A stretch of DNA of 64,000 nucleotides from Salpingoeca rosetta (lineage: Eukaryota; Protista; Choanoflagellata), in the NCBI GenBank assembly GCA_033442325.1, contig JAWQFM010000006.1, positions 761,006 through 825,005 of the forward strand, in the 5' to 3' direction. This document shows positions 1-18,260 of this stretch, in pieces. The position numbers and the translations under genes were made by a program. Each line of letters starts with the position of its first letter. Positions within the stretch are counted from its first letter, which is position 1. Under the pieces are notes generated by a model. The model ran no database searches and was not told the origin of the DNA. It saw only the letters and a program-made list of their open reading frames with translations.

Positions 1-360
1 CCGGATACAAGGCCCCTACTTCCCAAAATCTGATCGCCTTGAACCCCTATCTGTGCTATTTGAGTACAGACTTCTCCCGGCTATGCGCTCCACAAGGGAA
101 AGAGGAAGAGAACATGTAAGGAAATTAGAATATGTGCATAGGACTTCCTTTCATTGAATCATTGTGTTAACGGGGAGGGGGGAGGGGAGCGCGAAAGAAA
201 AAAACCCGCGCGCTGCTGGAGATATTTATGGAGAGGTTGACCCGGGGGGGGAAGCGAGAGAAGGAGAGAGGAAGATGGTGAGTCGAGGATGCATGATGCT
301 GTCAGCGTACAGATGTGCGGGCGGTGCTCATGCGCTCTTTCACACACTCACACCACGCAC

Positions 361-472
361 ACGCAGGCAAACAGGTGCACAACCATGCCTGGCGTCATCC
401 TCACTCTCTCACTCACACACACACACACACACACACACACGCAGGCAAACAGGTGCACAATCATGCCTGGCG

Positions 473-549
<77 letters not shown>

Positions 550-600
550 CGCACAGGTGCACAGTACAGGTGCACAATGACGACGGCGTCATCCTCACTT
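361..600. repeat. Short tandem array: ~36-bp unit ACGCAGGCAAACAGGTGCACAA(C/T)CATGCCTGGCGTCA, 2 good copies plus 1 degenerate, separated by (CA)n
   Basis: Copies at ~361-397 and ~438-474, degenerate copy ~549-598, directly before a gap. Confidence 0.8.
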
Positions 601-620
601 ACACGCAGGCGCAGACGAGC

Positions 621-1275
621 NNNNNNNNNNNNNNNNNNNNNNNNNNNNNNNNNNNNNNNNNNNNNNNNNNNNNNNNNNNNNNNNNNNNNNNNNNNNNNNN
701 NNNNNNNNNNNNNNNNNNNNNNNNNNNNNNNNNNNNNNNNNNNNNNNNNNNNNNNNNNNNNNNNNNNNNNNNNNNNNNNNNNNNNNNNNNNNNNNNNNNN
801 NNNNNNNNNNNNNNNNNNNNNNNNNNNNNNNNNNNNNNNNNNNNNNNNNNNNNNNNNNNNNNNNNNNNNNNNNNNNNNNNNNNNNNNNNNNNNNNNNNNN
901 NNNNNNNNNNNNNNNNNNNNNNNNNNNNNNNNNNNNNNNNNNNNNNNNNNNNNNNNNNNNNNNNNNNNNNNNNNNNNNNNNNNNNNNNNNNNNNNNNNNN
1001 NNNNNNNNNNNNNNNNNNNNNNNNNNNNNNNNNNNNNNNNNNNNNNNNNNNNNNNNNNNNNNNNNNNNNNNNNNNNNNNNNNNNNNNNNNNNNNNNNNNN
1101 NNNNNNNNNNNNNNNNNNNNNNNNNNNNNNNNNNNNNNNNNNNNNNNNNNNNNNNNNNNNNNNNNNNNNNNNNNNNNNNNNNNNNNNNNNNNNNNNNNNN
1201 NNNNNNNNNNNNNNNNNNNNNNNNNNNNNNNNNNNNNNNNNNNNNNNNNNNNNNNNNNNNNNNNNNNNNNNNNNN
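621..1275. other. Assembly gap
   Basis: Run of N. Other gaps at 16712-17392, 30117-30445 and 31229-31328. Confidence 1.
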
Positions 1276-1518
1276 AGGGAAGAAGAAAAACAAGGCCAAG
1301 GCAAAGGGCAACAAGGGGCAAGGGCAACAAGCACGGCAAAGACCCCACCAGCACTGACGACGACGATGCGGATGGCGATGATGACGGAAGACAAGAAGAG
1401 CGAAGGCGACGTGCTGGAAGTGAGCACGACGCAACTCGACGGCCCCTTGTGACATCATGCACCTCCTGCGAACAGCAGAGGCGCTTCCCCTCACCCTTCA
1501 CGCCCACAGGTGAGCTCA

Positions 1519-1568
<50 letters not shown>

Positions 1569-3581
1569 GTGCTGATGAGCGTGTTGTCGTCTTGTGAGCG
1601 TCCGAGTTTGCTCTGCTTGTGTTATTGTCCTGACATCCACACCACCCTCACTCTTTCATGGCCAACTTCTTCGTCGCAATCCATGATCTCCTTCACCCTC
1701 TCTTCTTGCTCACTCCACCTCCCTTCCTTCATCTGCAACAGAGACAAGCGGCTTCAGATTATGCGCGCGTCCTCGGGCAAGTACCTGAGCCGCACCCCCG
1801 ACATGCTGCTCCGCCTGACCATGGCATACCTGCTTGGCCTGCACCACGTCAACCTCACGCTGCTGTGGGCCGACGCGAAGAAGGCGCTTGGCGAGTTTGC
1901 CCGTTGCCGCCCGCTCGTGCTGTGGACGCTCTTTGAGGACAAGTTCATGCGCGTGCTTGACGCGAGCGTGGAGATGGGCGAGATCATGACGGAGCAGGCG
2001 CGCACCATTGGCCAGCAGCAGGTGACAGACTCGGCACACCGCATCGTCGACGACCGCTTGGACGTGCTGTCGTTCCGGTGTCTGGTGCACCCGCTGGAGC
2101 ATCGCGTCAACCTTCTGCAGAAGCCGGACTGGGACAACAACATGACGCAGGTTGCAGACCGGTTTGTCAACGCCGTGTGCCCGCAACCGCGCGTTGATGT
2201 GCTCAAGCTGATGCAAACCTTTGCCGAGCTCGCCAACACCTGGCCCCTCCTCACCGAGCAAAAGCACAGGTGCGTTGGTATGCTTGTTGTATGTGCATGC
2301 GTGTGTGTTTGTGAGATCGCCTGTGCGCGTGTGTGCGTGTGTTTGTGAGATCGCCTGTGCGCGTGCGTTTGTGAGATTGCCTGTGCAAGCCATCCTGCCT
2401 GCGAGATTGGTGCATTTGGTTTGATGTGTACCGGGGATTCAGCACCATTGCTGCTCAACAGAGGGCTGCGCTTGAACGTTGTTGTATTGTATCCCCCTTT
2501 CCCATCTCCGCTCGTCTCCATGCTCATGGCCATCCCTCCGTCCACCTCAACAGGACGCTGGTTGAGAAGTTCCTCCAGCTGCACGACGACTACCTGGTGG
2601 TCGAAGAGGGAGCAGGAAAACTGCAGGACATTTCCGTTGCAAACGCCGGCCTCGCGGGTGCGTTCACGCGCTGCTGTCGTGTCTTTATTTTGCTCCAACA
2701 TGCATGTGATCTCGCTTCCACCCTGCTGTGGCGATTGCAGAGGGTTAAAATGACACCTGTTGTTTGCACGGGTTGCTGTGCCGACCTCAGCGCTTGTGCT
2801 CAATACTTACCGTCGAATCCTCGCTTCACAATCTGCATGTTGTCGTGCGTGCCTGCAGGCATTTCGATGCAGTCGCTCGGCATTGAGGATCTTGGCGGCG
2901 ACCTCGACAACCTCAGTGACGATGAGAGCGTCAACGAGGAGGAGGACGATGGGGACAATGATGAACGGCGCCGGAAGCGCAGCGCCATGCAGCACGACGG
3001 TCGTCGTGGTGGTCGTGGTGGTCGTGGTGGTCGTGGTGGTCGTGGTCGTGGTGGTCGTGGCCGTGGTCGTGGTCGTGGTCGTGGTCGAGGACGTGGTCGT
3101 GGCCGTGGTGGACGTGATAGCAAGCGCCCCAAGCGGGAGGATGACACTTCCAACGACAACGCTGACGATGATGACACGAAGCGCGATGGTGCCGACGCCA
3201 CCAACGATGGCGACGATGCTGTGCAGGCGTATGATCCAACGGCGGCTGCGCGTCGTCGCGTGTTCTGGCGGCGGCGGCGGCAGATGGTGCGCATGGTGCG
3301 CAAGCGGCGAAAGGTCGCGCTGAGCCAGATGGAGGCCATGCTCTCTGTGCTCGCCAGCTTCAACAACGGGAAGGCGCTGATGGAGTGGGAGCGCCTGCAG
3401 GCGATTGTGCACAACTTCCTGCACCATTCTGACGCGAACATCCGCGCCAACGCCCTCAAGGCAAGCGCTTCGTTCAGCCGCGTGGTGCGCAAGTACCTGG
3501 AGCCCATGATGGCTGTCAACACGGAGATGGGGCCCCAGCTCACAGAGCGCTTGAAGACATTCAACGTCGCCTCCCCAGCCG
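1276..3581 (+). CDS. UTP20: SSU processome component UTP20 (DRIM), internal fragment; exons <1276-1509, 1742-2269, 2554-2657, 2859-3581
   Basis: Spliced peptides DIMHLLRTAEALPLTLHAHR|DKRLQI, AYLLGLHHVNLTLLWADA, TEQKHR|TLVEKFL and VLASFNNGKALMEWERLQAIVHNFLHHSDANIRANALK match, in order, recalled UTP20 motifs (YLLGMLYINFSALWDPV; FSKFSNPRALYLESKLYELYLQLLLHQD). GT-AG phases are consistent. Apparent frameshifts in the first exon lie next to the gap. Confidence 0.8.
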
Positions 3582-3589
3582 GTGTGTGT

Positions 3590-3624
<35 letters not shown>

Positions 3625-3630
<6 letters not shown>

Positions 3631-4098
3631 TCTATTGTGTGTTTTACTGCTTATTGTATATGTAGGATTATTAGTTTAGTTGATATGAAGTTCTTATATC
3701 TGTAGAGTTTATGCGGGATGCTGAAGAACTTCCGGGAACTTCGAGCCCCAGGCGCCCGAGCCAGCCTCGATCGCAATCGGCACAAATTTGAAGTCGCCCT
3801 GGTCTCGTAGGATGGCCTGGTACTTCTTGATCTTGCGTTGTTCCGCCTGCGACGCCGCGTAGAGGTTGACTTTGGCGGCCTGTGGTTGGTATGAGCTGGC
3901 CGCGGGGGCGGCAAACACGAGGTCAAACACGGTGTAATCGCCAGACTTGTCGAAGCTGAGGATGTCACCGCGCTTGCCGCCTGCGCCTGGGAAGCCGGAG
4001 GGCTCTTGTGTCGCGCGGCGGTTGAGCTGCATGAAGGCCCGGGCGATGGCGTTCTGCATGTAGTCGTGCCGGCCCGTTCTTGTGGAGTTTGGTTCGTT
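3625..4098 (-). mobile_element. 5'-truncated non-LTR retrotransposon fragment, restriction-like endonuclease (RLE) domain, CRE-like
   Basis: GRHDYMQNAIA...GKRGDIL...FDLVF...AASQAEQRKIKKY...FVPIAIEAGSGAWG has the RHD / R-x-D / D / K..KY / F.P.A.E..G.WG motif order of RLE elements. It is intronless, has an AT-rich tail at 3625-3708, and is flanked by GT repeats. Confidence 0.8.
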
Positions 4099-4703
4099 TG
4101 TGTGTGTGTTGTTCGCTCGCTCCTCCTTTTTGCGTTTGTGAGTCTTCATTCGCTCCCCTGCTTGCGTGCTGCTGACGTCATCAAAATTGAAATCACCCAG
4201 AACGCGCTACGCTTTGTGCTGTTGTTTTGCCATTCTTCAGCGACGACGCGCAACGCCCTGTTGCTTGTTGCTTCTTGGGTTGTGGTGCCATCGCCTCCAA
4301 CCACCGCGTTTGTTTGTTGTTGTCTTTGCCCTCTCTCTGTTCTCGCTTGCCACGGAGTGCACAGCGCGGGTTTCACCACGAACAACGTACGCACGTGTCC
4401 TTGTATGTGTGTGTATGTGTGTGCGCCCTGGTGTACATGTGTGTGTGTGTGTGTGTGTGTGGTGCTGGTTTTGGGCTGTAGTTTGCTGTCGGTGGTTCCT
4501 GTTTTGAATTTGGTTTTTGTTTGTCGTTGCCATATTATATGCTTCGTCGCACATTTTGTTGGTGTTGTTGCTTTTATGCTTCATTGCTCGGTCTTCTTTG
4601 CTTTGCTTGGTCGTCTTAACCCATTCAGTGAGTGGCGCGAGGCGCATGTCCTGCTAACCGTTCACCCAAACCTGCTTGTGCAACGACAGTACCACGACTC
4701 ACC

Positions 4704-10096
<5,393 letters not shown>

Positions 10097-10962
10097 ACAC
10101 GACACTTCCTCAAACTCGCGCTGCTGTTGATTCATGCTTTCCACACTTTTGCTGACCTCCCTCCCTACTCCCCGTTTTGTTCCCACCCCATACCACCATC
10201 GCGGTTAACACCACACACACACACACAACTTTCGTTTTTTTTTTTCTCACTGACGGGTGGCGCAGGCGCACCTTTCTTCTCCTCTGTTTTGAAACCCCTC
10301 CCCTCCCCTCCCAAGGCAGGCACAATGCTTTCCTGTTTGCCTGGAGTTGCTTTGTTTTGGTGTTTGCTGGTTCCATGTGTCAGCACTGCCTGCTGTTGCT
10401 GCTGGCCGTGCGTTTTGACCCCACCTCCCCAACACCGCTGCGTTTGTTGTCTTTGGTTGTGTGTGTGTGTGTGTGTGTGTGCCGTTTTTTGTTCTTGCTG
10501 GACGCACTGCTTTCTTCCCTCGTTTCGCATTCATTTTCGTCCCTGTTATTGCGTTACATGCAGCCCCATTCTCCCTTGATTTGTTGTTGTTGCGGTTCAT
10601 TGAACATGCCATTGGCATTGACCCCCCTGATCCCTCTCGTTCATTATTCATTGCGCTTCCGTTTTTCCTTTCGTCACCTTCACATACTCGACCCTGAAAC
10701 CGTTGAACATATCATTGATACCACGCAAAGACGCTGACAGAGAGCGAGCGAGAGAGCGAGCGAGAGCGAGGGAGGGAGACACGCACACACACACACACAC
10801 ACGCACACGCACACACACACACACGCATACACACACACACACACACAAATACACATGGTTGGAGGGATGCGTCATCAAGGCGGGGGGTGTTTGCGGAAAA
10901 GTGTGTAAAGATAATAATCAATTTTCCTCAGCCCACCAACAACAACAAGCAGCAAGCCGCCA

Positions 10963-13900
10963 ATGATGAGCACCGCCAAGGTTGGTGTTGTGGCTCTTGG
11001 TCGCACGCACGCACACACACACACACACACACACACGCATGCATGTCCAAATATGGCCCGCACACATCGTACACAGCTGATACGAGTATGTTCTGCGTTC
11101 ACCCTCCAATACAGGAGCGCATTGCAGCGCACAAGAAGCGCGTGGAGGAGCTGAAGCGGGCTCGCCATGCCTTTCAGCTGCAGAAGGTCAGCTGCTGCCG
11201 CTGCCGCTGCTACTGCGTTGTTGTGACATGTCTTCCTCTCTTCATGGTGATGGTGATGGCCTGCAGCGACTAAGAGCTTGCAGTTCCAGCTGTGTGGTGG
11301 CGCAAGGCGACTTGGTCCTTCTTCTTGCCTTGACGCACACAACACACATCACCACACACACACACACACAACACACACAACACACAACACACACAACACA
11401 CACACACCACAACGCGACACTTTGCAGGCGGAGGATGGGGAGAATGAGGTGTTCTTGGAAGCTGGGCGCGCGCGGTCGGGATCCACTTTAAGTACACTGA
11501 GTCACTTGTATCCAGATGCACGCGCACGGTCTGGGTCTGTCCTATCACGGCTGAGCAAGCCGGGGCAAGAGGATGACGGCGGCACGCCTGCGCGGTCCGG
11601 CTCCGACGCCGCAAAGGCTGCGCAGTCTGCGCGCAACGCAGCCCTCAAGTCGGAAATCGACAGCCTGAAGAAGCAAGTGACCAGCTTGCAGCAGGAGAAG
11701 GAGGCTGCTGTGGACGCGCACAAAGCCGCTGCTCAGAAGCTGGAGGAGGCTGAGGCCGAGGGCGACACGCAGCTTGCTCTCATCGCCAAGCTTCAGGAGC
11801 AGCTCAGCAGCAAAGTCGATGCCACAGCCGCTCCATCGGAAGGCAGCGACGACGCCGGCGCCCAAGAGGCCCTCAAAGACTTTCAACACTACGTCAGTAC
11901 ATCCTATTTGATGGCGTGTAGGGCATGTTGGTGTGTGAGTGTGCAAGTGTGTGTGTATGTGTGTGTGCGTGCGTGTGTATGTGTGTGTGCGTGCGTGCGT
12001 GTGTATGTGTGTTGTTTGCGCGGCTCACGCGCGTGCACCCGTCGTGTGTATGTGTGTTGTGTCTTCACATAATCACGGTTCGCGCGTCTCATTCTTTGCC
12101 ATGTTTACACTGCTGCCTATGATGCCCTCCCTGCACCACACACACACACACACACACACGCACACACACAGGTCACGCATCTGCGGCAGAAGCACACGGA
12201 GGAGCTTACAGCGGTGCAGGAGGCGCTCAAGACAACACAGGAGCAGCTGCAGAGTGTGAGCGACGAGTACAGCGCAAAGCAGGCCGAATGGGCTGGCGTG
12301 GCAGAGATGCTCATGTCATCTTCAAAGGGCGCATCCATCATGCAGGGTGACGCAGACCTGTCCATCGTGTTGGAGGAGCACCAGCTGTACAAGGAGGAGA
12401 ACGCCGAGCTGCGGGGCATGCTGGAGGAAGCTTTGGTGCAAGTCGACACGCTTGGCTCGCGGCTCAAGGGCCACCGTGAAGCACAGGAGTTTCTTGAGGC
12501 CAGTCTGCAGGAGCTGGAAGACGAGAACCAGCGGCTGCAGGAACAAGTGTCCACTTCGCACGCGTCGCAGCGCTCCGTCACCACACGCGACAGCCACATT
12601 CGTGAGCTGCGGGAGGAGGTGGAGGAGATGCAGAGCAAGGCGGAGGCCAGCCAGGTTGAGATGCAGCGCCTGCAGCAGCAAGCCGAGGCGTCACGCACGG
12701 CGATGGACGATCTTCAGCAGCAGCTCACAGAGGCCCTCAACGCGCGCCAGGCAACAGACACGGAGCTGGACACACTGAGGGCTAAACTGCAGGACAAGGA
12801 CTCGGAGCTTGATGGCCTGCGGCAGGAGTTGGTTGAGGCCGAGGCAGCAGCGGCTCGCGCACGGGCAGAGCGCGAACAGGCGCTGTCGCAAAGCACAATG
12901 GCGAAAGCGCAGGCAGAGGAGGCCGCCATGCGAGCACAGCGTGCCGCAGACTCCGAGGTGCAGGCGGCGCTGACGTCCGCAGAGGGCCAGGAGCGGGAGT
13001 TGAAGCGGCTCAACCTGCAGCTGACGGAGGCGCAGAGCCAATACGAGAGCCTGCAGTCCGAGATGGAGGGCATCCTCACCACCGTGCGCAAGGAGCTGGC
13101 GGAGTCGCAGGGTAACGCGCAGACGGCGGCCATGGCTGGGCTCAGCTTGTCGGAGCTCGTGGACCAGCTCAAGGAAGACAAGCTTCGCAGCGGGCGGGAG
13201 TGCGAGCAGGCGCAAGCGGCGCTGGCAGAGGCACAGGCGCGGCTGCAGGAGCGAGAGGAGCTTCTGACACGCGTGATGGAGCACCTCAAGTCGCTTGGCC
13301 CGCAGGATGGCGGCGAGGGCGACGGGGACACGGACGCGCTGAGCAACCTCACGCTGCAGCTGCAGCGGGCAAAGGACGAGCACGACCACATGCAGGACGC
13401 CATCACGCAGCTGGAGGACGAGGTAGACGCGCTGCAGGCCAAGGTACGCGGCCTGGAGACGGAGCGGAAGGACTTGGCGCGCAGCAAGGAGGAGCTGGAG
13501 GCGTCCCTGTCCGGTACGCAAGATGACCTGCGCGACGTATCGGGGCGCTTGGAGGAGCGTGAGGCCATGCTGAAACAGGTCATGGACTTTCTCAAGGGCG
13601 CAAAGGAGGGCAATGACGCGGACGGCGCAGACACGGGCGAGGGTGGCGACGACAAGGATGCGTCGTTTGCAGCCATGGGGCTGGACGCACTGGCAGAGCA
13701 GCTGGCAGAGGCGGAACGCGAGCGCGAGCGACTGCGAAAGGCGTGTGTAGCGGCGGAGAACGAGCTGGCGCAGAGCAAGGAGGAGGTGGCCAGGGTGACG
13801 CAGGCGCTGCGTGACGAGGAGGATGCGCGGGCAGCGCAGGCGGAGGAGCTCGAGCAGACGCAGCGGCGGGAGAAGATGCTGCAGGAGAAGGTGGGCGACC

Positions 13901-16711
13901 TGGAGGCAAGCGAGGCCGCCCTGCGCGACCAGCTCTCTGCTGCCGAGGAGAAGGTGAAGGCGCTTGAAACTGAGCTGCAGGCGAAGACGGACGAGCTTGA
14001 TGCCATCCGCGCAGAGCTTGAGTCTGTGAGCGCCAACATGCGCGCAGCGGCAGAGGCCGGGCTGTCCCTCACGGAGATGCTGAACAAGCTGAAGGAGGAG
14101 CACGCAGCCAAAGTTGCGGCGCTGGAGGCCGAAATCAGCGACCTGAAGAAGAAGGTGGCCGAGTACGAGCGCATCCTGCAAGGGGTGAAGGAGATGCTTG
14201 AGAACCAAGGCGAGCAGGGCGACGCAGATGCCGGCGACATCATCGCGCAGCTAAAGAAGCGGCTGGAAATGAGCGATGCGCTGCAGGCAGAGCTTGAGCG
14301 GTCGCTCCGGGAGATGGAGGAGGAGCTTGCTGCAAAGGACAGCGAACTTGCCCAGCTGCGCCAAGACCTGGAGCAGCTGCAGCTCAGGAAATCACAACTC
14401 GAGGTGCGATTATGCGTGCAGCAGCTTCCGGTTCTTTGCTGCTTTGTACGCGTGGTTTGTTATCTGTGCGTGTCGCTCTCTCGTGTTGCTTGTTTGTTCA
14501 TTTGTTGGTTGTGGTGTTGGTTGTGACATAGCTTGTGTGGGTGCATTGGATACATGTGTGTGTGTGTGTCTTGTTTCCTGTTCCCAACCTTCACGCCCCC
14601 TTTTACCCCCTCCCTGTCCAACAAACAACACAAACTCCACTCACGCACTCCATTTACACCCCCTCCTTCCATCATCTCCAAACACCAAAATTACAGGAGC
14701 GGCTGGCCGACCTGCAGCAGCAGTATGACGAGTTGGATGCGCAGTATCGCAAGCTTGAGGCGCTGCTTGCCTCTGCCGGCGGTCACGGTGACGACCGTGA
14801 GGAGGAACTCGTGCAAGAGGGCGCGGCAGCAGACATGAGCATGGGCGAGCGCCTGCAGAAGCTGCTGCAGGAGCTGCGGGAGCAGGCAGAGGAGATTGCG
14901 CGCCTGAAGGCTGCTGAGGCAAGTCTGCGCTCGCAGGTGGAGCAGCTGGAGAAGGACAAGGCCGAGGCGCAGGACACGATTGCGGACCTGGAGGACCAGG
15001 TCGCGGCGCTGCAGCAGGCGCGCGAGGAGGTGGAGGGGAAACTGGAGCGGGCAATGGAGCGCATCCACGAGCTTGAGCTGGAGATTGCGCGGCTCAAGGC
15101 GCAGCTGGAGAAGCTGAAGACGCTGACGGCGACGCAGCGGCTGGCGCTGGAGCAGCACAAGGAGGTGATTGAAAAGCTGCGGCACCACACCACAGACACG
15201 GCGCACACGCTGCTGAAGAAGGAGCACACGGAGCACCGGGACGAGGTGGAGGACATGGCGCGCGTGACAGCGCTGCAGGAGGAGTTGCGGCGGCGGGATC
15301 AGCTGATTGAGGAGCTGAAGGACCGCCTCAGGCGCGAGCGCGAGCTGCTTCGCCGCCGGTACCTGAGCAAGTGGCGCAACGACACGCCCTCGTGCGAGGG
15401 CTGCGGGCTCAACTTCTCGCTGCGCGTTCGCCGCCACCACTGCAGGCTGTGCGGCAAGGTGATGTGCCACGCGTGCTGCTCGGATCGCGTGCGCACGTCC
15501 TCCAACCGCCGGCCCGTGCGCGTGTGTCGGGACTGCTTCGACCTCATTGTGGACATTGAGCAGGAGGAGCAGGACGTGATGCAAGACGCGCGCACGGCGT
15601 ACGAGCAGGCACGCGAGAAGGCGGATGACAACGCGCTCGTCTCTGTCACCCTGCACAAGCACCAGGCGAATGACCCCGTCGGCGCCGACTTCCACTACGA
15701 GGACCTTGACTTTGAGCTGAAGGTGACAGTAGCGCGCGTGCTTGACAAGACACCGGCGAGCGCTGCGGGCCTCAAGCCAGGCATGCTGATCATGGGCATC
15801 AACGGGCAGGAGGTGTCTGAGATGCTGCAGGAGCAGTTTCAGGAGATTCTCCGCTCCGAGAAGGACATTGTGCTGGAGACGGTGACGGCGACGGCCATGG
15901 AGCGGGCGCGCGCCATGTCACAGCTGACAGACCACGCATCAGACACCAGCGGCACCACCACAACCACCACAACCACCACAGCACCGCCCACATCCACAGC
16001 AGCGGCCACAGCAGCGGCAGCAAAGGCAACGACAACAAAGCCTGCCACCACCGTCGCTACCGCGACACGGCATCAGAGCAAGGACCAGGGCGCTGGCAGT
16101 ACCGCGGCATCTCCCACGACACAGAAGAAGGGGAATCAGTCCGGACAGCAGCGCAAGCAGCGCGGGGAAGGACTGAGCACAGCGGTTGCGGGTGTTGCGG
16201 CCATTGTTGGCGGTGCGAAACAGCACAACACGCTTCGTCCCATTTCTCCGCGCGGCAACGTGGATGTGCATGGCGAAGCCAATGGGGCGCGCAGCGTGAC
16301 GCTGACGCCTGTGTCGCAGTCAACGTCACCGCACCCGCCCCAACAGCAACAACAACAGCAACAGCAACAACAGCATCAGCAGCAACAGCAGCAGCAGTCA
16401 CACGCGCAGCAGCAAGGGCGAACAGCGACAACGGGGGGAAAGAAGACCAAGAAGCAGGAAGGCAGCGGCGCAAAGGCGACCGTGTTTCCCGCTGCCAAGC
16501 AGGAGTTGAAGCGGCCGGAGAGTAATGGGCGCAAGCAACAGGAGGCCACCACGGCGAGTACAGCCAGCTGGAATCCGTTTGCGGCCACCACAATTGAGAC
16601 GCAGAAGAAGAAGCAGCCGAAACAGAAGAGGGAGGAGCAACAGAAGCCGAAGCAGCAACAGCAGAAGCGGAAGGTTGCACAGCAGAAGCAGAAGCAGAAG
16701 CAGAAGCAGCC
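10963..16711 (+). CDS. Long coiled-coil + FYVE + PDZ protein; exons 10963-10980, 11115-11186, 11428-11892, 12172-14403, 14697->16711 (3' end in gap)
   Basis: About 1100 aa of E/Q/L heptad-rich sequence; FYVE WRNDTPSCEGC...RRHHCRLCGKVMC..CC...RVCRDC (~15372-15536); PDZ-like VTVARVLDKTPASAAGLKPGMLIMGINGQEV (~15640-15885); T/Q/K low-complexity tail. All introns are phase-0 GT-AG. Confidence 0.85.
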
Positions 16712-17684
16712 NNNNNNNNNNNNNNNNNNNNNNNNNNNNNNNNNNNNNNNNNNNNNNNNNNNNNNNNNNNNNNNNNNNNNNNNNNNNNNNNNNNNNNNNN
16801 NNNNNNNNNNNNNNNNNNNNNNNNNNNNNNNNNNNNNNNNNNNNNNNNNNNNNNNNNNNNNNNNNNNNNNNNNNNNNNNNNNNNNNNNNNNNNNNNNNNN
16901 NNNNNNNNNNNNNNNNNNNNNNNNNNNNNNNNNNNNNNNNNNNNNNNNNNNNNNNNNNNNNNNNNNNNNNNNNNNNNNNNNNNNNNNNNNNNNNNNNNNN
17001 NNNNNNNNNNNNNNNNNNNNNNNNNNNNNNNNNNNNNNNNNNNNNNNNNNNNNNNNNNNNNNNNNNNNNNNNNNNNNNNNNNNNNNNNNNNNNNNNNNNN
17101 NNNNNNNNNNNNNNNNNNNNNNNNNNNNNNNNNNNNNNNNNNNNNNNNNNNNNNNNNNNNNNNNNNNNNNNNNNNNNNNNNNNNNNNNNNNNNNNNNNNN
17201 NNNNNNNNNNNNNNNNNNNNNNNNNNNNNNNNNNNNNNNNNNNNNNNNNNNNNNNNNNNNNNNNNNNNNNNNNNNNNNNNNNNNNNNNNNNNNNNNNNNN
17301 NNNNNNNNNNNNNNNNNNNNNNNNNNNNNNNNNNNNNNNNNNNNNNNNNNNNNNNNNNNNNNNNNNNNNNNNNNNNNNNNNNNNNNNNNNNNTGTGCGTG
17401 TGCATGTACGTGCGCAACCACGACCACTGCCTCACTCCACACCTAGGATCCCCTTACTCCACAACACTTTTCCTCTCCCCCCCCCCCCGGTCTCTCTTGC
17501 ATCACTTGCTTTCTAGGCCCTTGCACTGTTCGCTGTTGAATGTGTCATGTCATGCATTTACACCATGTCCTTTTACCCCTCTGCGTTGGAAGGTTGTACA
17601 GTTATCAGTAGACATACATGGACCCCGTCAAACGTGACACGAGGGGAGAGTGCTGTGCCACCGACTCATTGTCACTGCCTGTCA

Positions 17685-17757
17685 CACATCACCTCACGGC
17701 TTCATGTCAGTCATGTCATGTCTCACATCACCTCACGGCTTCATGTCAGTCATGTCA
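17685..17757. repeat. Direct tandem duplication with 39-bp period
   Basis: CACATCACCTCACGGCTTCATGTCAGTCATGTCA occurs twice. Confidence 0.85.
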
Positions 17758-18080
17758 CCTCACACTGCACGCTGCTGCACTGCCCCTGCCCACAAAACAA
17801 GAGCTTGGTGCGCCAAAATTGTGATGGTGGGGTTGTATAGGTGGAGCATGAGTTTTGGGGCTCAAACGATTATCGCTTTCCGCATACGATAATTCGCTGT
17901 CATACTCGTAAATCAGACCACGCACGCCGCAAGCCCAGCAATTTGTGGTGCAAGTCAGTGGAAATCGGCTCGGCCCAGCAGCCACGCTCCACTACCACCG
18001 CCACTTCCCCCCTTGTGTGTGTTTGTTGCCGCCACCAACCAACCCCGCTTTCCACGCACGACCAAAACAAGCCCGCAAGC

Positions 18081-18227
18081 ATGCACCTCGCTCGTGTTGC
18101 GACCCGGCCTGTGGCCCGCTACCTCTCCACATCGGCTGCTGCCATGTCCTCCAGTGGCCTCAAGGAGCGCCTCACGGAGATTATTCCCCAAGTGCAGGTG
18201 CGCTTGTGCGTTGGTTGTTGGTTGTGT

Positions 18228-18260
<33 letters not shown>

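Noticed and set aside
1-290. Compositionally atypical purine-rich stretch
   Set aside because: No recognisable ORF or element ends; may be low-quality contig-edge sequence.
361-600. Repeat-spacer pattern resembling a CRISPR array
   Set aside because: Only 2-3 units, spacers are (CA)n, no cas genes, eukaryotic context.
289-1519. ORFs spanning N-gaps (also 16057-17637 and 29979-31644)
   Set aside because: Their length is an artefact of X translation through the gaps.
12691-15695. Long minus-strand ORFs (505, 509 and 334 aa)
   Set aside because: Antisense shadows of GC-rich coiled-coil exons with no domain signal.
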